A stretch of 64,000 bases of DNA from Candidatus Thorarchaeota archaeon (GCA_003345545.1 PRDH01000047.1:1-64000); one strand, 5' to 3'; numbered from the stretch's first letter, positions 1-10,500 are shown. Notes: generated by a model from the letters alone, not told the origin. Translations and numbers: made by a program.

Positions 1-10
1 AACATCTTAC

Positions 11-457
11 TCATTTCCATTCACTCCTGATTGGACCCAGTTCTTTTACTTGTTTTATAATCGCCTTTACGCCATCAGCGAAGACTTGTGCCTCAGAGGC
101 TGAGGCCCACTGCAAGCGAACCCTACGCGGGTCTACTCCAGCTTGTTCAATCGCCGTCTCCATTAGTGCCCACCGAGCGCGAGCCTTCAGATTGCCGCTT
201 GTATAGTGACAATCTCCGGGGTGGCACCCAGAAACAAGAACGCCGTCAGCGCCCATGTCCAGAGCGGCAAGAACAAACTCCGGGCTCAGCCTGCCAGTGC
301 AGTTCACCCTGACGATTCTTGCGTTCGTTGGATACTGTATTCGACTTGTTCCAGCCAAGTCTGCCCCTGCGTAGCTGCACCAGTTGCAGCAGTATGCAAC
401 GATGCGGGGCTCCCACTCTTTTTCTGCTGTTGTAGGGATGGTTGTTTCAGCGGTCAT
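11..457 (-). CDS. mvhD: Methyl-viologen-reducing hydrogenase delta subunit MvhD (Cys form)
   Basis: Motifs CCNWCSYAGAD, RVNCTGR, GADGVLVSGCHPGDCHY. ATG at 457 overlaps the hdrA stop (ATGA) and follows GGAGGTG. Confidence 0.95.
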   Translation of the reverse strand: MTAETTIPTTAEKEWEPRIVAYCCNWCSYAGADLAGTSRIQYPTNARIVRVNCTGRLSPEFVLAALDMGADGVLVSGCHPGDCHYTSGNLKARARWALMETAIEQAGVDPRRVRLQWASASEAQVFADGVKAIIKQVKELGPIRSEWK

Positions 458-2208
458 GCTGAACCACCTCCCTGAGCTTCTGGTGTTGTGCATAGATATG
501 CCTCAACCATAGCCATGATTTGGTCATCTGTGGAATGATACATGATAATTGCACTGCTAGGACAGGCAGCAGCACATGTCCCGCAGCCCTTGCATTTCGC
601 CTCTGTAACAAATGCGATGGGTGGGTCGTGCTCCTCATCCATTGCAATCGCGCCGTATGGGCAGGCAGTGACACAGGTGTGGCAAGATGAGCACAGGTCT
701 GAAATCACGTGCGAAACAGTTGACTCAATCTCAACCTTTCCCTGAGCCATGAGGCTTACAGCCTTTGCTGCAGCGCCACTCGCATCAATCACTGATTCAG
801 ACGCATTCTTTGCGGCCTGGGAAGCACCAGCAATCATCACACCAGCTGTATGGGTCGTCAGCGGTGCAAGTTTGATGTGCTCCGGGTTGAAGAATCCGTC
901 GCCGCTCCTTGTGAGGCTAAACATCTTTGCAGTCTCGTCCATGTCAGCCGGTGGAATCATGGCTGATGCTAGCACCAGCAAATCGGGTTCAAATTCGAGC
1001 TCGACGCCGCCAAGCACATCGAACCACCTCAGATGTATCTTGCCTCTCTTGATTGTGACCTCTGGTTTTGCGTCCTGTGGAAACTTGCTGTAGATCACAT
1101 GCTTTTGCCGCGCAAGCCTTTGAAACTCCTCGTGACCCTTTCCATAGGTTCTGATGTCTTGATAGAGGATGAGTGCCTCATCAACGCGGTCTCTGAGGTC
1201 TCCTGCAGCCTTAGCTGTGGCGGAGCAGCAGTGTCTTGAGCAATGCTCATGACCCTTCTTGCCGGGTTCACGAGAGCCAACACAACCGATGAAGACGAGA
1301 TTCTTCACAGGTTTGCCATCACTTGGCTTGAGCAGCATCTCATTCGGTTTAATCTCCTGGAGCTCTGCAAGCGTAATGATATCGGGATGAGTCCCGTAGC
1401 CGTAATAGCCTACAGGCTTGAAGGGTTCGAACCCTGTGGCGACTATGACAGCGCCCACCTCATATCGACGCTTCTTCTCAGTGTCTAGATTCTTAATCGT
1501 GACACCAAAGTTCCCAATGAATCCATCAAAGTCAGATACCTTGCTTCGCACATGGACCTTGATGCGCTTATGCTTCCTCACATCACTGATGAGAGGTCCG
1601 ATGATCTGAGCACCTGACTCATCTGAGGGAAAGAGATGGGTCCATTTGGCTACGTGGCCGCCAAGCTGGCTATCCTTCTCTACAAGTATCACATCAAAGC
1701 CACGCTCTGCAATGTCCAGAGATGCCCTGAGACCGGCAATTCCGCCTCCAACGACAAGTGTCTTCGGAATGACTTCCACTGACTTGATGGGCAGACTCTC
1801 TAGTTTTGCAGCTCTGGCAACTGACATACGAACCAGGTCCTTTGCCTTCTCTGTCGCCTTCTCAGGTTCCCTAGAATGACACCAGCTGACATGCTCCCTG
1901 AGGTTCACTTGGTCGAACAAATATCTATTCACACCAGCCTCCTCAACAACACGGCGGAAGGTCGGTTCATGCATTCTTGGTGAACAGCTAGCGACAACTA
2001 CTCTGTTGAGGTCGAGTTCCTTGATCTTATTTTTGATGAGCGTCTGTCCTGCATCTGAACACATGAACATCTCATCTGTTGCAAATGCAACGTTTGGTAG
2101 TTTCCTGGCCATTGCTGCAACTGAGGCCACATCAACGGTACCCGCTATATTATGGCCACAATGGCAGACGAACACGCCGATTCGTGGTTCTTCTTTAATG
2201 TCTGACAA
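454..2208 (-). CDS. hdrA: Heterodisulfide reductase subunit A-like protein: has N-terminal domain and C-terminal ferredoxin, lacks inserted ferredoxin
   Basis: N-terminal IGVFVCHCG...CS...ASCSPR, FAD motif GGGIAG, CVGSR/CSRHCC, two C-terminal CxxCxxCxxxCP motifs. Confidence 0.92.
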   Translation of the reverse strand: MSDIKEEPRIGVFVCHCGHNIAGTVDVASVAAMARKLPNVAFATDEMFMCSDAGQTLIKNKIKELDLNRVVVASCSPRMHEPTFRRVVEEAGVNRYLFDQVNLREHVSWCHSREPEKATEKAKDLVRMSVARAAKLESLPIKSVEVIPKTLVVGGGIAGLRASLDIAERGFDVILVEKDSQLGGHVAKWTHLFPSDESGAQIIGPLISDVRKHKRIKVHVRSKVSDFDGFIGNFGVTIKNLDTEKKRRYEVGAVIVATGFEPFKPVGYYGYGTHPDIITLAELQEIKPNEMLLKPSDGKPVKNLVFIGCVGSREPGKKGHEHCSRHCCSATAKAAGDLRDRVDEALILYQDIRTYGKGHEEFQRLARQKHVIYSKFPQDAKPEVTIKRGKIHLRWFDVLGGVELEFEPDLLVLASAMIPPADMDETAKMFSLTRSGDGFFNPEHIKLAPLTTHTAGVMIAGASQAAKNASESVIDASGAAAKAVSLMAQGKVEIESTVSHVISDLCSSCHTCVTACPYGAIAMDEEHDPPIAFVTEAKCKGCGTCAAACPSSAIIMYHSTDDQIMAMVEAYLCTTPEAQGGGSA

Positions 2209-2211
2209 ACT

Positions 2212-3513
2212 CTATGCTCCTCCTTTACTGAGGATAATCGTAGCCTTCATCGCAGCTGAACTTCCAGCGCTCACAGAGTCAGGAATATCTTTGGGTCCAT
2301 CCGCACATCCGCATACAAATACACCCGGAACCTTAGTTAAGGTGGGTCCGAAGAAGGAGTGTGCAATTTGGACATAACCGTCGTCGCTCTTGGCAATTCC
2401 CATCTTTGTGGCTAAGGTATCCATTCCTTCAGGAGGGATGATACCAGGACTGATTACAACCATGTCATGCTCAACAAGACGGATTGTTGAGCTCTCAGTA
2501 TCCTCGACCTTTACAACTAGATTACCTGTATTCTTGCCCTCCATCACCTCTGCAACACGACCTCTCACGAACCTCACGCCAAACCGTTTCTTGGCCATTT
2601 CATAGAATTCCTCGAATCCCTTGCCAAATGCTCTAATGTCAGCATAATACACCGATACTTCGGCGTCGGGATAGTGTTCGAGTGCCATTACAGCGTTTTT
2701 TATCGAGTACATACAGCACACACGACTACAGTAGGGAACACCTTTCTGAACATCCCTAGCACCAACACACTGCACAAATCCAATGCTATGGGGTTTCCTG
2801 CCATCGCTCAGACGAACAAGATGACCATGGGTTGGTCCTGCTGCATTAATGAGCCGTTCAAACTCCATCGCGTGGATGACATTTGGATAGTGACCATAGC
2901 CCAGTCGTGGATATTGACTTACATCGAATAGCTCGAACCCAGTGGCAATAATGATTGCACCGACGTGAATGTCCAGGGTCCTATCGGTCATTTCCATATC
3001 GATAGCATTCCTTTGGCATGCCTTCACGCACCTCCCGCAGTTGATGCAGTTCTCCTTGTCAACAGTATAGACATTGGGAGTTGCCTGCGGGAATCCAATA
3101 TAGATGGCTTTCCTGAATCCGATGTTCATATCGAACTCATTGGGGACTTCAGTAGGACATTCAGCGGCGCAGTCCCCACAACCAGAACAGAGGTCTTCCT
3201 TCACGAAGCGGGCCTTGCGTCTTATACGCACATGAAAGTCGCCAGATTTCCCAGTCACACTCCCGACTTCGGAGTAGGTCAGCAGGTTGATGTGCTTATG
3301 GTGAGAAACCTCACTGAGTTTGGGTGTCAAGATACATGCGCTACAGTCGAGGGTCGGAAATGTCTTGTCAATCTGAGCCATTCTACCACCTATTGAAGGT
3401 GTCCTCTCAACTAGGTAGACCTTGAATCCTTGGTTTGCTATGTCAAGCGCGGCTTGCATGCCTGCAACACCTCCGCCGATGACGAGTGCTGCTTGTGCTT
3501 TCCTTTCCGTCAT
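2212..3513 (-). CDS. hdrA: Short HdrA-like protein (FAD domain plus inserted ferredoxin; no N-terminal domain or C-terminal ferredoxin)
   Basis: GGGVAG, DKTFPTLDCSACIL, two ferredoxin motifs, QCVGAR, CSRVCCMYSIK, GPKDIPDSV. Confidence 0.92.
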   Translation of the reverse strand: MTERKAQAALVIGGGVAGMQAALDIANQGFKVYLVERTPSIGGRMAQIDKTFPTLDCSACILTPKLSEVSHHKHINLLTYSEVGSVTGKSGDFHVRIRRKARFVKEDLCSGCGDCAAECPTEVPNEFDMNIGFRKAIYIGFPQATPNVYTVDKENCINCGRCVKACQRNAIDMEMTDRTLDIHVGAIIIATGFELFDVSQYPRLGYGHYPNVIHAMEFERLINAAGPTHGHLVRLSDGRKPHSIGFVQCVGARDVQKGVPYCSRVCCMYSIKNAVMALEHYPDAEVSVYYADIRAFGKGFEEFYEMAKKRFGVRFVRGRVAEVMEGKNTGNLVVKVEDTESSTIRLVEHDMVVISPGIIPPEGMDTLATKMGIAKSDDGYVQIAHSFFGPTLTKVPGVFVCGCADGPKDIPDSVSAGSSAAMKATIILSKGGA

Positions 3514-3524
3514 TCTCTATTCCT

Positions 3525-4391
3525 CTAAGTTACTTGCAGAATCGCCTCTGGGCTGATCTTATTCAGTTGAATGCCTAGTTTGTCGAAGTTGATACCTAGT
3601 GCAGGACCCAGGAACTGCGGGAGAGTCAACACAGGTATCTTTGGTTCGCTTCCAGCCGTGTCCCCGAATTGCACTTGAGTCAACTGTATATCACAGAAGA
3701 CACAGGCGGTAACAATACCTTGTGCTCTCTCATTTCGAATATTCTTGATCTTGTCAAGGCCGATCTTGTTCGCAACTTCTTGATCCATTGCTAGCATGGG
3801 TCCTCCACAGCAACGAGTCTTTCCGGTGTAGTCCACCGGCGTTGCCCCAGCAATCTCAATGATCTTATCGATAATGACTGGAGTTTCGGGATTGTCAACC
3901 TGGACAATCTCCGGAGGGCGTGTGACGTGACAACCGTAGTGTGCAGCAAGACGCACACCATTGTAGGGCTTCACAATGGCAGCCTTTATCGCATCATAGC
4001 CAATGTCCTCATTGAAAATCTGCAGAAGATGCTTCACCTCTACAGTACCTGTATACTTCAGGCCCTCTTCAGCAAGAAGATCATTGACCTCCGCACGTAG
4101 GTCGGGGTTATGATCGAGATCATGCTTGACTATCTTGAGTGAGCCAGAGCATGCCCCACAGACTGCAAGGATATCGCGGTCCATACTCTCAGCAATAGCA
4201 AGGATTCTCCCACTCATCGCTGCAAAGGCAGTGTGGCTTACTGACTCAACATACTGTGCACCACAGCAATTGGCATCCTTCATTGGAATCAGACGAACGC
4301 CTAGTTTCTCAAGGACAATGGTGATTGCGGCTTCATAGGCTGGCAATCTAACAGGTGTCGTGCATCCTGTGTAGAGAACGAATTCTTTCAT
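3525..4391 (-). CDS. hdrB: Heterodisulfide reductase subunit B
   Basis: Two CCG domains (YTGC..NCCG..CGAC and HYGC..CCGG..CVFC). Confidence 0.93.
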   Translation of the reverse strand: MKEFVLYTGCTTPVRLPAYEAAITIVLEKLGVRLIPMKDANCCGAQYVESVSHTAFAAMSGRILAIAESMDRDILAVCGACSGSLKIVKHDLDHNPDLRAEVNDLLAEEGLKYTGTVEVKHLLQIFNEDIGYDAIKAAIVKPYNGVRLAAHYGCHVTRPPEIVQVDNPETPVIIDKIIEIAGATPVDYTGKTRCCGGPMLAMDQEVANKIGLDKIKNIRNERAQGIVTACVFCDIQLTQVQFGDTAGSEPKIPVLTLPQFLGPALGINFDKLGIQLNKISPEAILQVT

Positions 4392-4912
4392 TTCTTATTG
4401 CCTCCATTGAAGTAACGCTTCTTTACCTTCTTCACGAAATCATCGTTCCAGTCAAGTTTGGGATCCAATCCCAGGTCAGATCGGTCATCCTCAACAAAAT
4501 CAGTGTAGGCATCTTTGAGCAACCAGCCATCTTCTAGAACCTTATTGATCGTGTTCTGAAAGATCTTGGGAACGTAGCCTTCACGTGCAGCAATCTCGCG
4601 CACCGCATGGAAGATCTCTGCAAGGTTGACATCCTCCTGGCATCGCTCTTCACACAGCCTGCAGGTCATGCAGAGCCATGGGAGCTCGCTTGAGAGAACC
4701 TCTTCGCGTTTGCCAAGAAGGATTTTCTGGATGAGTTTTCGAGGACGATAACGGTCAGCCATGCTCGCAACCATGCACGAAGCTGTACACATACCACACT
4801 GGATACATTTCATTATCCCTTCCCCACCAAATTCCTTCTCGACCTCTTTAGCAAAATCTGAGCTTGGGACGTTGTTGACCACTGACTTCTGCGGGACACC
4901 ATCATTTGACAT
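4388..4912 (-). CDS. hdrC: Heterodisulfide reductase subunit C
   Basis: CIQCGMCTASC and WLCMTCRLCEERC. Start moved to ATG 4912, just after the upstream stop. Confidence 0.93.
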   Translation of the reverse strand: MSNDGVPQKSVVNNVPSSDFAKEVEKEFGGEGIMKCIQCGMCTASCMVASMADRYRPRKLIQKILLGKREEVLSSELPWLCMTCRLCEERCQEDVNLAEIFHAVREIAAREGYVPKIFQNTINKVLEDGWLLKDAYTDFVEDDRSDLGLDPKLDWNDDFVKKVKKRYFNGGNKK

Positions 4913-4914
4913 AG

Positions 4915-7668
4915 CTATTGCTCCTCTCTGTCCACCTTCGACAGAATGATAGTTGCTCTCATCGCTGCTGCGCTGCCAGCAGAAACCGAGTCGGGAATGT
5001 CTTTCGGTCCGTCTGCACATCCTGCAACGAACACACCAGGCACATCAGTATCGACAGGTGTGAGGACAGCATCTTGAACTTGGACATAGCCTTCTTCACT
5101 GAGTTCCATATTGAGCTCCACTGCCAAGTCTTCAAGTCCCTCCGGAGGCTGAATTCCAGGACTAAGAATGACAAGGTCATGAGAGACATCGTGCAGCTCA
5201 CCCGTTTCAGTATCCTCAAAGCGCACAATGAGCTTCTCATTCTTCTTATCCTCCATGACCTCTGCAACACGCCCTCGAACGAAGTTCACGCCGAAGCGTG
5301 TACGCGCCATCTCGTAGAACTCTTCAAATCCTTTTCCGAAGGCGCGAATATCTGCATAGTACACATTCACCTTTGCGTCGTGATGGTGGTCTTTCGCCAT
5401 GACGGCGTTCTTTATACCATACATGCAACACACTCTGGAACAGAACGGGACACCCTTCTGAACATCTCTCGCACCGACACACTGGACAAAACCAATACTC
5501 TCAGGTATCCTGCCGTCTGTGAGTCGAATCAGATGCCCATGTGTGGGGCCAGCCGCATTGATCAGCCTCTCGAACTCCATTGCTGTTATGACGTTCGGCA
5601 ACTTGCCATACCCATACTGTGGGTATTTTGCAACATCGAAAAGCCTGTACCCTGTAGCCAGAATAATGGCACCGACATGCAGGTCCACGACCTCATCAGT
5701 CATGTGATGATTGATAGCCTCCCGAGTGCATGCCTCAACGCATCTCTCGCACTCACAGCAGACTGCGCAGTTGAGACACCGTTCAGCTTCCTGAATAGAT
5801 TGGGCTTCACTGAATCCGAGCTCGACTTCAGAGAAGTCAGGTTTTCTGCTCTCAAGGATGTGCTTGGGCATTAGAGCACGAGACTCAACAGGAATATAGC
5901 TCTTATCCACCTCATAGGACTGTACTCTGTGGAGCTCGTTTGCGCGACCCTCCATCAAGTCAGTCCCGCGAATGTACTTGTCAATTGAGATGGCAGCCTG
6001 CTTTCCAGCACCAACGGCCTTGACGACTGTGTTTGGCCCGGTGAAAATATCTCCACCCGCAAAAACCCCAGGCACACTTGTTGCCAGGGTGATCGGATCA
6101 CACTTGACAGTCCCCCATTCGGTGCACTCCAGCTCACTCTGTACACCTTTCGGGTCTGTTGACTGACCAACTGCAACAATTATCTCATCCACAGCCATCG
6201 TGAATTCAGAATTTTGAATCGGAACAGGTCGACGCCGTCCGGAGTGGTCAGGCTCACCCAGACGCATCTTGATGCATCGAACTCCAGTGATATGACCCTT
6301 TGAAGACAAAATCTCAATAGGATTTGTCAGAAGCATGAACCTGACGCCCTCAGCCTTGGCGTCATCTACTTCACTTGGGATAGCAGGAATCTCCACGTGA
6401 GACCGTCTGTAGACAAGAGTGACTTCCTTTGCTCCGAGACGTCTTGCAACACGGGCGGAGTCGACAGCAGCATCTCCACCACCAACAACGACAACACGCT
6501 CTCCGACGGTTACCTTCTCGCCAGCATTAACATCTTGGAGAAACTTGATAGCATGGACAACGCCGTCAACATCTTCACCAGCAATTCCTAGCCTGTTGCT
6601 CTCCCAAGCCCCAGTAGCAACGAAGACAGCCTTGAAGCCCTTGTTAAGTAGATCATGGAGGGATTTGACATCTGTTCCTGTCTTGATTTTCACTCCCATG
6701 TCAACAACACGCTGAATTTCCTCATCCAGAATATCACGTGGTAGTCTATACTCAGGAATGCAGTATCGTAGCATCCCGCCAGCCTTCTGCTGTCGCTCAA
6801 AGACTGTGACTGGATAGCCCATGCGAGCAAGATGATAGGCACAACTGATACCACCAGGCCCGCCACCTACAACGGCCACCCGCTCTTTCTTATCGATAGC
6901 TGCAACTACAGGAGCAGCTCCATGAGAACGTTCGTAGTCGGCAAGGAATCTGTGAAGATTCCTGATACTTATGCTCTGGTCAAGCATTCCGCGCTCGCAT
7001 TCCGCTTCACAAAAGCTAATGCAGACCCTTCCGAGGACTCCAGCAAAAGGAATAGACCGCCTGACAATCTCCAGAGCTTCATCATACTTGCCATGGCGCA
7101 TCATTGTCACGAAGCCCTGCGCATTTACTTCAGCAGGACATGTTGATCTGCAGGCCGGCTCACCCCTCTTATCAACAGTAACGACATTAGGAGTTGCCTG
7201 CGGGAAAGGCGTATAGATAGCCTTCCGAAATCCTAGTCTGCCATCGAACTCATTTGGCACCTCAACAGGACAGACTGCAATACAATCCCCGCAACCATTG
7301 CATTTGCCCTCATCAACATAACGCGCGTGTCTGTGAACTCTGACTCGAAAATCCCCAGGCTCTCCACTTACTGATTTGATCTCAGAGTATGTGAGAAGAT
7401 CAATATTGGGATGACGTGAAACCTCACTAAGCCGTGGAGTCAGAATACATGCACTACAGTCAAGAGTTGGAAAGGTCTTATCTATTTTCGCCATAACTCC
7501 GCCGACCGAAGAGGACCTCTCGAGGAGAGTTACTTTAAAGCCCTGGTTAGCAATATCAATCGCGGCCTGCATTCCTGCAACGCCACCGCCGACAACGAGT
7601 GCTTCATTCGATTTGATAGCGGTGCTGCCTCTGCCGCCTTTGGATTCGTGCTGTTTCTCTGCGGTCAT
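4915..7668 (-). CDS. HdrA-like protein with inserted GltD/NfnB-type FAD/NAD(P)H module (HdrL-like)
   Basis: HdrA halves flank a GltD-like block (ACRSTCPA, GRVC...CEAECER, VVGGGPGG, GGGDAAVD, YRRS, EAERCLNC). ATG 7668 follows GGAGGT. Confidence 0.9.
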   Translation of the reverse strand: MTAEKQHESKGGRGSTAIKSNEALVVGGGVAGMQAAIDIANQGFKVTLLERSSSVGGVMAKIDKTFPTLDCSACILTPRLSEVSRHPNIDLLTYSEIKSVSGEPGDFRVRVHRHARYVDEGKCNGCGDCIAVCPVEVPNEFDGRLGFRKAIYTPFPQATPNVVTVDKRGEPACRSTCPAEVNAQGFVTMMRHGKYDEALEIVRRSIPFAGVLGRVCISFCEAECERGMLDQSISIRNLHRFLADYERSHGAAPVVAAIDKKERVAVVGGGPGGISCAYHLARMGYPVTVFERQQKAGGMLRYCIPEYRLPRDILDEEIQRVVDMGVKIKTGTDVKSLHDLLNKGFKAVFVATGAWESNRLGIAGEDVDGVVHAIKFLQDVNAGEKVTVGERVVVVGGGDAAVDSARVARRLGAKEVTLVYRRSHVEIPAIPSEVDDAKAEGVRFMLLTNPIEILSSKGHITGVRCIKMRLGEPDHSGRRRPVPIQNSEFTMAVDEIIVAVGQSTDPKGVQSELECTEWGTVKCDPITLATSVPGVFAGGDIFTGPNTVVKAVGAGKQAAISIDKYIRGTDLMEGRANELHRVQSYEVDKSYIPVESRALMPKHILESRKPDFSEVELGFSEAQSIQEAERCLNCAVCCECERCVEACTREAINHHMTDEVVDLHVGAIILATGYRLFDVAKYPQYGYGKLPNVITAMEFERLINAAGPTHGHLIRLTDGRIPESIGFVQCVGARDVQKGVPFCSRVCCMYGIKNAVMAKDHHHDAKVNVYYADIRAFGKGFEEFYEMARTRFGVNFVRGRVAEVMEDKKNEKLIVRFEDTETGELHDVSHDLVILSPGIQPPEGLEDLAVELNMELSEEGYVQVQDAVLTPVDTDVPGVFVAGCADGPKDIPDSVSAGSAAAMRATIILSKVDREEQ

Positions 7669-7847
7669 AAATCGACCTCCGTTGCTATGCAAGAAAAGGA
7701 TTTGGGATGGTGAAAGAAAAAGGCCACATGTTGGTTGGATGATGTACTCCGGTCCCCTATGACTGGAGTCTCCATCTTATTAGTTACTAAGGTCTTCTCG
7801 TTCAAGTACATCAAATCGGCCATGTGGTATCTCTTGTTACAATCTTG

Positions 7848-7866
7848 ACGACAATATACTTGTCGT
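7848..7866. promoter_or_regulatory. Inverted repeat ACGACAA-N5-TTGTCGT overlapping a TATA-like element (putative operator of the hdr operon)
   Basis: Perfect 7-bp arms in the hdr/aor divergent region; AGTATATT on the minus strand at its centre. Confidence 0.4.
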
Positions 7867-7990
7867 GTCTGATAGCGTCACTCACGGCATGTATCTGCTT
7901 TTTATCTCTTACATATGGACACCACAGATGATAGAAACCGTACATCTTGGAGCACAGACATGAAGTAGGGGCTTATTGATTAGCATAACA

Positions 7991-8009
7991 TGGTTAAAAA
8001 TTGTAACCA
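7991..8009. promoter_or_regulatory. Inverted repeat TGGTTA-N7-TAACCA (putative transcription-factor site)
   Basis: Perfect 6-bp arms with an AT-rich spacer, upstream of aor. Confidence 0.3.
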
Positions 8010-8208
8010 CGAACTTATGGGGAGAAAATGGACCTATTGAAGAAGAGACTCAAATGCGTGTTTTCCCCAAATGTCCTCCATCCTTTTCAGCCCATATGCA
8101 TAGTCGCGCACGTCAGCTAAGGCAAGACTCATATGTAAGACTCGTTTGGAGCCCATATCCTGCTATTGCATAACGTAAGCACATTGCCAACGGGAATGGT
8201 GAACATTC

Positions 8209-10395
8209 TTGACATTGAAGGAGTTCAAGTACACAGTTCCAATGATTAAGAGAGGATATGCAAGTCAGACTCTGTATATCAATCTCTCAGATCATACGAT
8301 CAGAATCAAACCAGTTGACCAAAGGATGAAGGACACCTTCACTGGCGGCAAGGGGTTTGACCTCTGGCTGATGTGGAACAGCCTTCCAAAGGATAGAATC
8401 GTGAAGTGGGATGACCCGGAGAACGAGATCTGCATTGCCACTGGCCCTCTGGGAGGAGTGACTCAGTACCCAGGAGCAGGCAAATCAATCGTCACCTCGA
8501 TTTCTCCAATGACCGGCATTCCAATCGATAGCAATGTTGGCGGCTATGTAGGACCTAATCTGAAGTTCTCTGGATTTGATGCTTTGGAGATACAGGGCAA
8601 GGCGGAGAATGATGTCTACATCCTCATTGATGGAGATAGTGGTAGAGTTGAGATAAATGATGCTAAGGGCCTCCCGAGTACTGCTTATGAGATCACTAGA
8701 GTCCTCAGTGAACGTCATACAGCATCGGAAGGCAAGGACATGGCAGTTGTAACCGCAGGTCCTGGCGCAGAGCATGCATGGATGGGGTGCCTGAACTTCT
8801 CGTGGTGGGATATGCGGAGAAACGTGCCGAGATACAAGCAAGCAGGACGAGGTGGAATAGGCACTGTCTTCCGAAATAAGAGAATCAAGGCAATTGCTGT
8901 CAAGCTAGAAAAAATCACACTCGAAATGAACAATCCTGCAGACCCAGACGGGATCAAGACCATTGGCCGTGAACACTCTGGCGAGATTCTGGAATTGGAT
9001 GGCAAACAGAACAGAATGAGAACCATCGGGACAGGGCACCTTCCCTCAATCATGGATGAGTTCGACTTGCTCCCAACCCGAAATTTCAGGACAGGTGGGG
9101 ATCCAGCTGCAAAGGCGTTATTCGGGACAGAGTGGGAGAAGATCTTTACTAATACGGGGAAAGGCTGGGATGGCTGTTGGAGACCCTGCGCTATCAACTG
9201 CAGTCACTGCATAGAAGGCTTCGTGCCAAAGACAGGCCCCTTCAAAGGGAAACAGGTGGTTGTCGACGGGCCAGAGTATGAAACAATTGCAGGATGCGGG
9301 TCAAACATAGGTGTCTTCGACCCGTATTGGATTGCGGAGCTGAACTTCTACTGCGATGCCTACGGTATCGATACCATCTCCTTCGGTACCACTATGGCAT
9401 TTGTTATGGAGCTCTTCGAGGGAGGCTTCATCGATGAGAAAGCCACTGGAGATCACAAGCTCAAGTGGGGTGCTGCTGATGAGGCACTCTCAGTTCTTCA
9501 TGAGATTGCCGATGGCAAGGGATTCGGTGGGCAGCATCTTGGAAAAGGCATTCACTACCTAAAGGGCTATTTCGGTGACAAGCATGGTGTCGACCATGAT
9601 CTGATGCAGGACATCGGCATGGAGCACAAAGGTCTGGAGTACTCGGAGTACGTCACCAAGGAGAGCCTTGCACAGCAGGGAGGTTACGGCCTCACACTAA
9701 AGGGCCCACAACACGACGAGGCATGGCTCATCTTCATGGATATGGTTCACAAGTACATGCCTACATTTGACCAGAAAGCTGAGGCATTGTACTACTTCCC
9801 AATGTGGCGTACTTGGTTCGGACTCAACGGGCTGTGCAAACTGCCGTGGAATGATGTTGTCCCTGCTGACAACAAACAGACATCTGAGCCGGCAAAGGTA
9901 CCAAAACACGTGGAGTTCTATGTTAAATTCTACTCGGCAATGAGTGGCAAGAAGGTCGGGGGCGATGACCTTATTGTAATGAGCGAGAAAGTGTACAACT
10001 TCCAGAGAGTCTTCAACATCAGACAAGGTAAGGGTCTTCGAATCAACGACTCCTTCATTCCGTATAGAAGCGCAGGGCCGGTCACTGACTGGGAATACGA
10101 GTCGAGAGCAGACCGTTATGATGGTCAGTTGAAGGAGCTTGGCATCGACATCTCAGGCATGAGCACGACTGAAAAGAACAAGAAACTCCGTGAGTACAGG
10201 GAGGAACGTTACAGGCTTCTCACAGATGCAGCCTACAAGAGGCGGGGTTGGACGCGGAATGGCGTTCCGACCATGGAGAAGATCAAGAAGCTTGGACTGG
10301 ATTGGATCCCTGACGTCGTCGATATTGTGAAGAAGCATGGAAGAACTGCTCCTCCCAGAAACACGCTCCCGGCTTCTGATGAAGCATGGAAGTAG
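8209..10395 (+). CDS. aor: Tungsten-containing aldehyde:ferredoxin oxidoreductase family protein
   Basis: SPMTG..DSNVGG, AGRGGIGTV, CWRPCAINC, GPEYET, CDAYGIDTIS, C-terminal YKRRGW..NGVPT. Confidence 0.93.
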   Translation: MTLKEFKYTVPMIKRGYASQTLYINLSDHTIRIKPVDQRMKDTFTGGKGFDLWLMWNSLPKDRIVKWDDPENEICIATGPLGGVTQYPGAGKSIVTSISPMTGIPIDSNVGGYVGPNLKFSGFDALEIQGKAENDVYILIDGDSGRVEINDAKGLPSTAYEITRVLSERHTASEGKDMAVVTAGPGAEHAWMGCLNFSWWDMRRNVPRYKQAGRGGIGTVFRNKRIKAIAVKLEKITLEMNNPADPDGIKTIGREHSGEILELDGKQNRMRTIGTGHLPSIMDEFDLLPTRNFRTGGDPAAKALFGTEWEKIFTNTGKGWDGCWRPCAINCSHCIEGFVPKTGPFKGKQVVVDGPEYETIAGCGSNIGVFDPYWIAELNFYCDAYGIDTISFGTTMAFVMELFEGGFIDEKATGDHKLKWGAADEALSVLHEIADGKGFGGQHLGKGIHYLKGYFGDKHGVDHDLMQDIGMEHKGLEYSEYVTKESLAQQGGYGLTLKGPQHDEAWLIFMDMVHKYMPTFDQKAEALYYFPMWRTWFGLNGLCKLPWNDVVPADNKQTSEPAKVPKHVEFYVKFYSAMSGKKVGGDDLIVMSEKVYNFQRVFNIRQGKGLRINDSFIPYRSAGPVTDWEYESRADRYDGQLKELGIDISGMSTTEKNKKLREYREERYRLLTDAAYKRRGWTRNGVPTMEKIKKLGLDWIPDVVDIVKKHGRTAPPRNTLPASDEAWK

Positions 10396-10400
10396 AAGAT

Positions 10401-10420
10401 GATTGTTCCGCTGAGCAATC
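10401..10420 (+). terminator. Hairpin immediately after the aor stop
   Basis: GATTGTTC-CGCT-GAGCAATC, 5 nt after the stop; no long U-tract. Confidence 0.4.
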
Positions 10421-10500
10421 TTCAGGAAGAAGCAGGAGAGATCCTCATGTGCCGAATCCTTTTCCTACTTCAGGAATATCAAGGGGCGTCGAAGTCTTTA

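Noticed and set aside
11-7668. Selenocysteine recoding or SECIS elements in hdrA/mvhD
   Set aside because: All reading frames are uninterrupted and the relevant positions are Cys (DCSAC, CCNWC, CHY), so no in-frame TGA needs explaining.
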